NCBI GenBank assembly: GCA_000934665.2
Contig: KZ538460.1
Span: 48,914 to 68,913 of the forward strand
DNA length: 20,000 nt
Reading direction: 5' to 3'
From: Catajapyx aquilonaris
Lineage: Eukaryota
Position numbers and translations under genes: made by a program. Positions 9,626 to 19,465 of this stretch are shown one piece after another; position 1 is the first letter of the stretch, and each line of letters starts with the position of its first letter. The notes beneath the pieces were generated by a model that had not been told where the DNA came from, did no database searches, and saw only the letters and a program-made list of their open reading frames with translations.

Positions 9626-10055
9626 GAGGTGGAATTTTCGTCGTACTACTAGTTACTTCTAACCATGCTTCTAACTTAACCCTGGAACCGTGCCGTAGGG
9701 TCTTTTAGGACCCCAAGGAATTAAAATGCATTAAAATGACAATTACAATGAACTTTTGCCATTTTTTTTACAGTATATAACAGGAAGTGCAGGTTTATTT
9801 TGAATTAGCGATCATTTTAGGCATTGTTCAAAGAATGATTGTACATATAGTCAATACATTGAAAAGTATTATACACAATTTAATAAAAATTAAAATATGT
9901 TGGGGTCCGAAAAGACCCCACGGCACGGTTATTGCCGTAATACTCGTAGGCACGGCACGGTTCCAGGGTTAACACTACCCATGTAGTGCAATGGTACATG
10001 CTAAGTTAGCAGTAACGGCTGCAGTAACTATAGTAATATGACGAAAATTCCACTC
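9626..10055. mobile_element. Older foldback MITE (G(A/G)GTGGAATTTTCGTC termini, AT flanks; possibly ISL2EU/Harbinger-like) interrupted by a piggyBac MITE
   Basis: 9626-9679 is an imperfect inverted repeat of about 10000-10055. A third related end lies at 15744-15776. All three ends are flanked by AT. Confidence 0.6.
9680..9968. mobile_element. Non-autonomous piggyBac MITE (289 bp)
   Basis: TTAA TSD at 9676-9679 and 9969-9972, and perfect 17-bp TIRs CCCTGGAACCGTGCCGT. Asymmetric internal IRs contain the palindrome GGGTCTTTT(A/C)GGACCCC. Confidence 0.93.
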
Positions 10056-11325
10056 ATAGTCCACTGGAAAGCAGCAAAAAATATACCTATTCGTAAAAAA
10101 TGACTTCAAAATTCTTTTACTATCGTCAAGAGCTATCGTTAAAGGTGCACAACCGCAAATCAACAGTCAAGTGTACTGTATTTGTCAGGGAATTTTTCTG
10201 GTTACAGAAAAAAAGGTGCAATAATAATACATGTGTATGCAAGAAATATATTCATGAGATGCTTGAATGCAATTCGGTAATATTGTGTCTATTTCCACTT
10301 TCAAGACATACGTATGGCATAAATTAACGAGCAATTTGGTTTTACACATTTGCAAGCTAATTTAAATGGAAATAAGGACCATACTGGTAAAGAAAGGGAA
10401 GCCTATGTGGAGGAATATTTTAGAAAAGGACTAATTGCTTATTATTGACAAATCTTGAGGCTGGCTCATTTTCATTCATAACAATTTGTATCAAGCCAAT
10501 AGCAATTCTGTGGTTTTTGCAAAATATGTCAATAATATCTCTGATCTTTAGGAATCTCATCTTCAGAGCTTCATCTTGTAATCATTAACCCTGTGCATTA
10601 CAGTATGTTTTTGTTATGTGAATTTTTAATACTGTACTGCACCTATAATGTCATTATTTTACTTAATTTTGCTCTAGTGTCTCTTTGTAATAATTATTCA
10701 GTATTGTACAAGTATGTATACTCCACTTCAACTTAATTTCCTGATCCTTCTAATCTTCCTTCTCTCTTTGATCCTTCTTCCCTCCCTGCAGGGTGAGGTT
10801 CTAGCCTGCAAAAAATGGGTTGATCCAGCGCTGATCATGGATACTAGTGTTTCAAAATGGACCATTTACAATAATGCTATAATCTCTATTTTAAGACAAG
10901 TGCACCAGTATCCCGCACTGTCCATGTATTCACCAACCAAGACTGGAAAGCTAAAAAAAACAAGGAAGCGCGGCAATCTGGCAACATTTCCCATCCCTAT
11001 GGGGCTGCCTCACGGAATGGTGTTACCATTCGTGACGTACTTCGGGAAAGAGAAGCATTTGAAAAAGTGAGGTCTGATATTTGCAGCGAAGCGGTTCCTT
11101 TTGTAGCATATTCGTTAAGAGATAAGTATAAAATAAAACCTTGCATATAACAAAATGGAAGAGTTTGTTTCGGTTTGAGGAAAAAGAAGTACCGGTAAAT
11201 GTTTTAAAATTTTCAAATTTGATGTCATTTTGGGTATCTCTTATGTAAAGGAAGTATTAGCTGGGTTGGCGATTACTGGAACCAAAAAACGTTGATGTTC
11301 CAATAATCTCAGAAAACATAATAAT

Positions 11326-11668
11326 AATAATTGGTTGGGTAATGCTTTCACCCATCAGGGTTTATCGCATGGACCTTTATTATTAGCTGTTGGTGTATAC
11401 ATAGTACATGGTGCCTATTTAGTGTATCGCCCGGGCCCACGGGCAGGATGACAGGAGGTGATGTGCAAGGTGCAGTGCGTCTGACGCTGTGGTCATTTTT
11501 AGTGAACTCCCCCGGGTGGTTTAGTCTATAGGAAATACCACCCGAGACGAAGCCAGAGGTGACCCTGAATTCTGCACGAGATGAAGGGGGTGTTCCCGGG
11601 CTAGGATCGAACCCGGGACCTTAACATCCGTGGGCGCATACGTTACAGCAGCGCCACTCCGTCTCCCC
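11326..11668 (-). mobile_element. tRNA-derived SINE, family A copy 3 ((TTA)n tail)
   Basis: A box TGGCGCTGCTG and B box GGTTCGATCC on the minus strand. About 16-bp TSD CAGAAAACATAATAAT at 11310-11325 and 11669-11684. Confidence 0.92.
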
Positions 11669-11983
11669 CAGAAAACATAATAATTGACACCTACACGTAC
11701 CAGTACTGCATATAAAGAATGGTACGACTCTATGAACGAAATGTTGATTTTGTTCCCAACCCCTTGATCGCCAGCATGTTTTTAATGGTTGTGGGGAAGG
11801 CTGGAAAAAGAGAATTTTTTTAAAAAAAGAAAAAATAGGAGAAAAAAGCAAGGCAAAGTAGGAAAGCTTTCAAGGGGAAATTCATCTCAAATCTACGTAA
11901 GAATTGTAGTACCTGGTTGAACATTTTGGTAATAAAAATCTGGATGCGAGGGAGGGGTGAGGAATTTACTCACATTTCAATTT

Positions 11984-12258
11984 GCATCTCAATTTTCTCG
12001 TGTTGGGGGCAAGGGAAAAAAGAGTATTTTCCAACCTGAAGCTGCATGATGTGGTCATAGGTGAACATTTCAAATTATATACTTACAGATTAACTGCTGC
12101 TCTTATATTAACCTGATTATAAATTAACTATCTCTTTATGTATTGCAGAAGCTGTGTAGAGAAACAAAAAAAAAACAGAAACCACTGAAAAAGATATCGA
12201 AGCAGCCATCAGCGATTGGCTAGCTCATACTAAACAAAAGATTCCAAAGTGGAGTTAA
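11984..12258 (+). pseudogene. Spliced DUF4806-like pseudogene fragment (transposon accessory gene)
   Basis: With one frameshift, one in-frame TAG (12157) and a GT-AG intron 12061-12148, it reads ASQFSRVGGKG-KRVFSNLKLHDVVIEAV*RNKKKTETTEKDIEAAISDWLAHTKQKIPKWS*. This resembles the recalled DUF4806 consensus (SW.G.kgK..F..LkL..vI..AV...TekeIe..I..WL.HA). Confidence 0.7.
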
Positions 12259-12577
12259 AATGTCTGTGCTGATCATGTTTGCAAAGAGGTTCAATTAAAA
12301 TAAGTATATATTTATTCAGAATATGTATATTATACGGTACGTATATGCCTATGTATTTTTTTCAACAGCTGAATGAAGAACAAAAAAAAAACTTTCTCAG
12401 TATATCCTCATATAATATCCTATAATATCCTGCCATGTCCTGTTCATGTACCCTAAATGATGTCAGGAGGATGCCCTAAGGACATAGAAGTACAAAAACG
12501 TGACATCGTAGGGATATTGGATTTCGATATACTTTATGTCGTCAGGATGTATCTGGGATATACCAGGGTTAGCTGGG
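11984..12577 (+). mobile_element. Right end of an animal CACTA/EnSpm-like (CMC) element
   Basis: Terminates in GGGTTAGCTGGG (CCCAGC-type terminus). Multiple ATATCC/GGATAT/GGATGT/GGACAT subterminal repeats occur at 12400-12560, and the element carries the DUF4806-like gene. No left end found. Confidence 0.6.
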
Positions 12578-12857
12578 ATCGTCTGATCGAGCTGAAATTT
12601 GAACCTGTTATGCCTAATGGCATTTAAAGAGAATAATTATTTGACGAAGAGAATAATATAATTTGACGAATTTACGAGTTTCATGGAAAAAATTAACAAT
12701 ATTTCTGTTTATTTTTCCATAATATGTCAAAATAAAACTTGACAAGCAAATCCCACATAATTATTCTTTGTATATGAGGCAGGGAGGGAGGATGATAACT
12801 GCTTCCAAGTCGATAGGAGACTCTGTTGTCAATCACAGTGTGATGATAATGAAGTTA

Positions 12858-12893
12858 AGCAAGTCTTGCTAGAGTACTCTAGCAAGACTTGCT
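12858..12893. repeat. Perfect 36-bp spacerless palindrome
   Basis: AGCAAGTCTTGCTAGAGT|ACTCTAGCAAGACTTGCT is its own reverse complement. Confidence 0.95.
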
Positions 12894-13469
12894 CCTTAAT
12901 TGAGAACAATGAGTAGACTTATGCAGAATAGGGGGTGGTAATATGTAAATGGGTGCAATTATAATGATTGCTTCTGATAACATTGTTCTTGGATGAATGC
13001 ACAAAAGGGCAAGAATTATGCTATAAGGGAGATAATTGGATGTCACAAGATGATCTGGTTGGCAGCAGAGCTGTGTCTCCAAGCTTTGGCCCAGGATGAG
13101 AGGAGTGGGAGAGGAATAGGGAATTAAAACGTACATTATAATTATAGTAGTGGAGCACATAATCACTCCAATCTTATGATGTTTGTTCTTGTCTCAACTA
13201 CACTCCTGTTACTTATTTTCAGAATAAAATGGCATGAAATTATAAGTGAATTATACTATGCATAATGACTAAAAATATAAAGGAAGTTTTAGTGTCTTGG
13301 CATATACAGTTGTTGCATTGATTCTGGCCACCTGTGTAGTTAAAACTACACTGTATTATATTAGTAAATCCACTAGTCTAAGGCCATTTTTAAAATTAGT
13401 TGAATGCTCTTGGGTGGTCCAATTGTAAGTGGCTGTCTCTCATAAGTCGGTACAAAAAAAAGACACATA

Positions 13470-14205
13470 CAGGGTGGGGCAAAAGTCATGGGCGGATTAA
13501 AACGACACAGCATGGCGTAAGTAACGAACAATTATATATATTTTTAATTACACTACACGGAGAAAGATATGCCATTTATGGATCAAGGTCCAAAAAAGTC
13601 ACTTCTTGAAAACAACACCGGATAGATGTCCTCCTTTGTGGGCAACACATATTCCTCCAAGCGCCGGACAAAACCCTTCATAACGCGCTCCAGCATGTCC
13701 AGGGGAATGTTTCTTACGGCGTGTCTTATCTGATCCTTAAGATCAGCCAATGACTGAGGACCTGTGGCGAACACCAAACAAATTAAAAGTCAAGTGTTTC
13801 CCGGGCAGGTCATTTTGAGATTTGGGGACATTCCATGGCCTCCGCGGTCGCCGGATCTGACCACCCCCAACTTCTTCTTGTGGGGGTGTACCTGAAGAGT
13901 TTGGTGGCTGCCACAAGTCCTCGGTCATTGGCTGATCTTAAGGATCAGGTAAGACCGCCGCGAGAAACATTCCCCTGGACATGCTGGAGCGCGTTATGAA
14001 GGGTTTCATCCGGAGCTTGGAGGAATGTGTTGCCCACAATGGAGGACATCTATCCGGTGTTGTTTTCAAGAAGTGACTTTTTTGGACCTTGATCCATAAA
14101 TGGCATATCTTTCTCCGTGTAGTGTAATTTTTTTGAAATATAATTGTGCGTTACTTACGCCATGCTGCGTCGTTTTAATCCCCCCATGACTTTTGCCCTA
14201 CCCTG
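13470..14205. mobile_element. Tc1/mariner (rosa/DD41D-like) foldback element made of two inverted 3' ends
   Basis: TA-CAGGGT...ACCCTG-TA termini. Arms of about 310 bp at 13470-13779 and 13899-14205 are inverted copies. 13797-14076 (+) encodes a frameshifted FPGQVILRFGDIPWPPRSPDLTTPNFFLWG-YLKS...LEECVAHNGGHLSGVVFKK*. Confidence 0.92.
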
Positions 14206-14245
14206 TACAACAAGACACTCCACGAAGTGCTCTTTTACTGTGAGG

Positions 14246-14506
14246 AATAATTGAATCAGTTGTTTCGAAAATGACTTAAGTCCACACTGCCGTATACCAT
14301 ATTGATTTACAATTTATTTTTGTGCCACAAATACAGTGACCTTACAGGTCAGCAGTTAGGCACATATTATGGATAGCATCCTCCTGGAGCCGAATGCACT
14401 ATCTGCTGACCTGTAAGGGCCCTGTATTTGTGGCAAAATAATTGTAAATCAATATGGTGTGGCCATCTGGACTTAAGTCCTTTTCGAAACAACTGATTCA
14501 ATTATT
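14246..14506. repeat. Long foldback palindrome without TSD (possibly a Crypton-type non-autonomous element)
   Basis: Arms of about 115-120 bp begin AATAATTGAATCAGTTGTTTCGAAAA and end TTTTCGAAACAACTGATTCAATTATT, with a loop at about 14365-14392. The flanks are not duplicated. Confidence 0.9.
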
Positions 14507-15858
14507 GTGTTAAGGTGCAAAATAGGATACTCTGTGAATTTTTAGGCTTAAGTGACATGTTGCATACTGTATACCATATCTATATCTATATCGTCTACAT
14601 CTACATATCTATAAATGAAGATATGTTTGTCCCTTATACTGTATAAATCCAGGGGAAGGCCCCTACACCGCCTTATACTAGCATATTGGGGGTTACTTTT
14701 TGCGAGGAATTTAATGAATCATGTTTCAGCTTCCAAAAATGAGCCTATAACACCCTATACCTCCTCTCCTTGCGCCATTATCCGACAACAATGTGAAAAG
14801 GCACTGTTAGGTTACATCCAACAAGCACATTCATCGCTGCATTGTCTCATGATGGGGTGGCAAGAGATGACCAGGTCATACCTAGCCATCTCAATCGACC
14901 GATACATGAGAATCCTCAGGTGACAGGTCAGGTGTCCCAATGCATCCTGTTATTTCCTGAAGTGGCAAAACAGCTCACAAAAATATTACCAGTGAAAAGG
15001 TTCTGAAAGTTACATTGGTGGAAAATCGCACGCATTGGTTCGTTACCTTTTTTGGTTCGTTACCACGTGTTTTGTTGCGCTACGATGCAAATATAAGCAG
15101 ATACCAGTACGGCAAGGTGACCAATGACTACCTCGCACCTTTCTTCTCTAGACTAGCGCATCTCTATACTGCCCTCACAACCACTAAGAATTCGCAGAGT
15201 TATTATGCAGTGTAACACAGTGCAAAAATGAGTGTCCTCAAAACCCTGGTTCATTACCGTGTTTGTTATCTCTCTTCAGGTACTATCGAAAGGTACTGTA
15301 CATTTGTGTCGGTTTTCTGGCAAAATGCAGTCCACTCTACCTGGAACTCGATAGAAAAAACAGAATCCCCAAAGGTTTTCCACAAGCATGGCAAATCTCA
15401 ATGAAAGTTTGTTAAAAATCATCAGAACCTTGGTTAGTTACCGCAAAAATGCCCTTATGTATTTATGTAAATGCCATGATTATGTGTTACTGCTTTGCCC
15501 ATTATAACACCCTCATTTGAAGGGATGCCACACAGTGAAACCTGTATTTTGCAATCATCAAATTCATTTAATATTAGGGTTAGTGCACAATGTGAGACTC
15601 AAAATTATTGGTGAATTAAAAGTTGAAATTAAAATTACTGCATGTCATCTGTGGCTGCTGTTGCTGCAGTATGTAATGTCTGTTAATATCCACTTGGGAA
15701 AATAGCTGATCCTTGCTAATGACATGGCACTGGTACTGCTAAAGCAGTAACCAGCAATGGGACGAAAATTCCACCCATCATTGGCATGGATCACAGCAAG
15801 TGGGGGATCAGCACCAACCCTTTGCATCTGCATGCCTGCAGAAAAGTGATCCAAAATA

Positions 15859-15990
15859 CAGGGTGTTCCGCTTTGAGCTATAATAAAAGAAAAATTCATA
15901 ACTCACGAAGTAATACACTGTACAGTACTCCCAATTTTCCGAGCTAATGACTGCACGGGTGTCGTCGGAAACATGGATAATCCGAAAATG
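15859..15990 (+). mobile_element. Two stacked Tc1/mariner-superfamily termini (TA-CAGGGTGTTCC at 15859; TA-CAGTACTCCC...TCCG pogo-like at 15923)
   Basis: TA-preceded terminal motifs typical of mariner and pogo/Tigger MITEs. Partner ends not identified. Confidence 0.4.
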
Positions 15991-16037
15991 GTCATAGGTA
16001 TTGCAAAATTGAGCTATTCACAGGTTTTAATGTACTA

Positions 16038-16189
16038 ATATAATAATAATAATATAATATCTTACCCCGTTATCAGCCTTTGTCCGCTCTTTAGGGGGGA
16101 TTTTTGTTTTGTCTGGAACTCTTGCTTACATGTTTACTTTCGCTTTTTGGGATAGGATAGGGAAGGAAGGAGGCGGCTGTGGCCTTTTT
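16038..16189 (-). mobile_element. 5'-truncated retroposon (SINE fragment) with (TTA)n tail
   Basis: Perfect 16-bp TSD AGGTTTTAATGTACTA at 16022-16037 and 16190-16205, with an (ATA)n tract at the left end. GGAAGGAGGCGGCTGTGGCCTT resembles a segment I recall from abundant polyneopteran SINEs. Confidence 0.8.
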
Positions 16190-16296
16190 AGGTTTTAATG
16201 TACTACTGAACAGAGTGTATGCTGTTTTAACTGAGGTTTAATCACAATAATCAAACTTACCATAGATTTTTAGTTTGTCTTCTAGATAAAAAAGTA

Positions 16297-16735
16297 CAGG
16301 GTGTTTACAAAGTAAAAAAATTCTAGAAAATGCAACATACAAGGTACAACTCCCGTACATATCTCATAGCATAGAGGAAGGTTGAAAGTTTTTTTACATA
16401 CATACAAACCCTCAATATGAGCACCACGTGTGACACGGCAGGCGTTTAACCGGAAATCGGTGCATTGTAGCATGTCCAGCGTTATGGAAGCCACAACAGC
16501 AGTGATGCGGTGCTTCAGTTCTGCCGAAGATCTCGGGAGGGGTGGCACAAACACTGCATGCTTAATGTACCCCCACAAAAAAAATCACACGGCGTCAAAT
16601 CCGGTCAACGGGGTGGCCAAGCCCGGAACACTGCATCGCTGTCAGTGGACCGCCGCGATCCACCTTTGAGGCATAGCGGATTCAGGTAGTCAGGGACGTG
16701 GAGATGGAAATGCAGAGGCGCTCCATCTTGTTTGT
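16297..16735 (-). mobile_element. 3' part of a degenerate Tc1/mariner (rosa/DD41D-like) transposon
   Basis: TA-CAGGGTG TIR at 16297. The minus strand encodes QDGAPLHF...WPPR*PDLTPCDFF-WGYIKHAVFVPPLPRSSAELKHRI...CRVTRGAHIE with a stop and frameshifts. Confidence 0.9.
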
Positions 16736-17449
16736 ACAGTACATTGTTACAAAAAATAAGGACTGTTGAATATGCTCCCGAGACCCAAGAAATTTTTTGT
16801 AACACAATGTCAGTTCCCGTTACATTTTCTGAACATTTCGCCAATCAGAAATGATAAAAAAAATTCAGTTCTAAAATATTGACCAAATAATGATAAAATA
16901 ACAATGCCCTCCTATGCTCAATTGCTTCCACAAAAGCACAACAGATGAATAGTGAAATGTTAAATGCCACTTAATGGATCACTCACATGGTGCTCTATCC
17001 TCAAAACAATGTTTTTTTACATTCATTTGCAGAATTCGTGGTAGCTTGGTGGTAGCAATTCCTCTGAAAACACAATTAAAGATTGTTGTTTGTCTTGTGA
17101 CCCGAGCGGCTGGGTACACACACTGAAGAAAAAGCGAGATGGGTTGGTTCAAGCACAGTGAGTTTATTTGCAAGCAAATGAGTACGTATGGATAACAAGG
17201 TTAAGGAGGGATTTAAGGTAACCAGAGAGGTAACAAGGATAACCAGGTATGGGTAGGTAACCTCCGGAGAGGAGTGACTGTTGACCAGGATATTCTCCTG
17301 GCTACTAAGCCTCGAGTGTTGGTTGGCAGCTGGTTATATAGGGAGTGCCCCAATGCGAGATGGGTATGCGGCACGTGGGAATCCAGGTTGGAATGACACA
17401 TGTACAGTGAGATACAAAATAGCATCCGTTAAGTGGGGCACGTTTTGGG

Positions 17450-17640
17450 CGCGATAAAATTCGGTCAGTCTCCTGCCTCTCTGGATCAGTTTCTTTAAGC
17501 TGTTGTCAGTCCTTGATTTGGGTTGACGGGTGGTTTTCATAGTGCCCCAGTCCACATACTGACGAATGATGTCACCAATGGTGACCTGCGACATGTGAGG
17601 CAGCCTTGCCATGGTGCACATTGATTTGTCATCTTCGTAA
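17450..17640 (-). mobile_element. Degenerate Tc1-like transposase N-terminal HTH fragment
   Basis: VYEDDKSMCTMARLPHMSQVTIGDIIRQYVDWGTMKTTRQPKSRTDNSLKKLIQRGRR resembles the Tc1 paired-like HTH (G.S.r.IAr.l..s.sTV..ii.ry...G). Confidence 0.5.
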
Positions 17641-17683
17641 ACCTTCTAGATTTAACATATTGCACTAAGTGTTCTTCCACGTA

Positions 17684-18573
17684 CAGTGGAACCTCGTACT
17701 TCGAACGCCCCTAACTTCGAACGTTTCAGTGTTCTAACGCACGATTCGCGAGAAATTCGATCAGGAGTAACTACGAATGCAATGAAAAATACTCTCCCTG
17801 TGTAAACGCCACATGTTGTCTCTCGCTGTGAAAGGATCTCTTGCTACGTGAACTCATATGATTTCTGTGACTTTTATTGCTTTATTTTTGGTGGGATTGG
17901 TCATATAGGCCTACTGTATAATAGAAGTGGACTCTCCTTCCAAACACTAGGCTAACCTTTCCCTTCCTTTCCACAAGGGTCATCACCACTTCTCACTAAC
18001 TAGTACAGTAAATGCACAAATTTCATTCAATAAATTCAGTATTTACATATTTTACTTATTTTTTCATGTTTTAATTTATTATTTAGGGAATTTAATTGTG
18101 TAATGGTTGCATTTTTGGTTAATGTTTATCTCAAATGGGTATCGTTTAGGGTCTGGGAATGGATTAATTCATTTTCCATTTAAAAAAAATAAATAAAATA
18201 AAATAAAAAAAATAATAATAATAAATAATAATGGATACCCCATGATAAGCCTCCCTGGGCTTTATAGGGAATCATCTTTTAATTGACCGCCTTTAATCAT
18301 TGCCTTGCTGTGATGGATTTTGATAGCGGGAGGAAACGGGAAAACCCACGCGAACACGGAGAGAACCCATAGAAACTCTATCCACATATGTATCCTCCGT
18401 CCGATCCGGGGGTCGAACTCGGGACCTGAGAGGTGGAAGGTTGCGGTGCTAACCACTCTGCCACTGTGTCGCCCTTTCATTTTCCATGATTTCTTATGGA
18501 GAAAATTGATTTTGAGTTTGAACAATCTCCAGGAACGAATTAAGTTTGAAGCATGAGGCATGCTGCACCACTG
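17684..18573. mobile_element. pogo/Tigger-like MITE interrupted by a SINE
   Basis: Left TA-CAGTGGAACCTCGTACTTCGAAC and decayed right end GTTTGAAGCATGAGG...CCACTG. The Tigger-like subterminal sequence GGAATGGATTAATTCATTTTCCAT|GATTTCTTATGGAGAAAAT...GGAACGAATTAAGTT is continuous across the SINE. Confidence 0.75.
18180..18474 (-). mobile_element. tRNA-derived SINE, family B (V-domain-like)
   Basis: Head GGGCGACACAGTGGCAGAGTGGTTAGCACC with B box GAGTTCGACCCC; body GTTCTCTCCGTGTTCGCGTGGGTTTTCCCGTTTCCTCCC. (TTA)/(TTTTA)n tail and a 12-bp TSD TTCATTTTCCAT at 18168-18179 and 18476-18487. Confidence 0.9.
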
Positions 18574-18627
18574 TCCCATGATTGCAACTGACAAAATGCC
18601 CATATGACATACAATGAGACTGACACT

Positions 18628-18872
18628 TGGAGCCTCATGTAAAAACCATGTCTCTCTGATTGGACCATTTTGAGATATTGCACCTCAAAGTTCGTGATCC
18701 GCCATCAGAGCTTGCATAAATCATACTTGAAAAACTTGAATAATTTGGCAGGAAAACAAGTTAGAGAGACGTGGTTTGTACCAGTGGATAGAGCTTGAAA
18801 AGACCCGTCCAATTGTGGCCTACAAGTAAAAACACAGTATCTTGAGTTACATGGTTTTTACATGAGGCTCCA
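18628..18872. mobile_element. MITE with perfect 24-bp TIRs, superfamily unassigned
   Basis: TGGAGCCTCATGTAAAAACCATGT at 18628-18651 and its exact reverse complement at 18849-18872. Flanks ACACT/GCACT. Confidence 0.8.
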
Positions 18873-19465
18873 GCACTGGCCAACTTCCATGCACATCACA
18901 ATTTTGCCTATAGAGTGGGGTCATATCCCCTGGCCGATTTAGTTGCATTTTGACAAGAGACAGCTCTCAGGTCAAGTAGTTCTGTACCTTGTGACACACT
19001 TTAAATACCTTGCATAAATTGCAGTAATTATCCTCGAGGTTCCATATTTAGTGACCTCATGGGCCAGGAGGACCCACCCTTTTCAGTGGGCATCTATTGC
19101 GACATCTACGTGGGTTTTTTTTAGGCGGCTTCCACCCATCGAAAAAATCCAAGATAATTCTATATGACTGCCCACTCTCTCTGCAAACATTAAGTGTGTG
19201 TGTAAATTTTTTTTAAATGTATGGTTTAAACGGAGGTAATGTGAGCCACCAGGTGCAAGAAAAGACGGCTCCGGTGGCAAGCGGTCACCGCCCAGAGCTC
19301 GGAACAGTCTGCCCAGCCAATAAGGAGTGAAGATACTTTTTACAACCGAAATGGCGCTGGGAAGTTTGCCTACCCTTCACAGATAGTTCTGAGTTTTCCC
19401 CGGGTGAAAAGGGAGTCGCAGAATTTCTGGATTTTTTTTGTTGGTTTCAGGTGCATGTCCACTTA

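Noticed and set aside
10714..11070. 118-aa ORF with a signal-peptide-like N-terminus
   Set aside because: The hydrophobic stretch is simply the translation of a polypyrimidine tract, and there is no recognisable homology.
12628..12670. Two ~21-bp tandem copies (AGAGAATAAT...TTTGACGA); similar short duplication at about 7455-7480
   Set aside because: Ordinary slippage duplications with no spacers; not CRISPR-like, and the context is eukaryotic.
14575..14700. (ATCTAY)n tract and a Helitron-like 5' start
   Set aside because: No convincing 3' hairpin with CTRR end, so it is only a short degenerate microsatellite.
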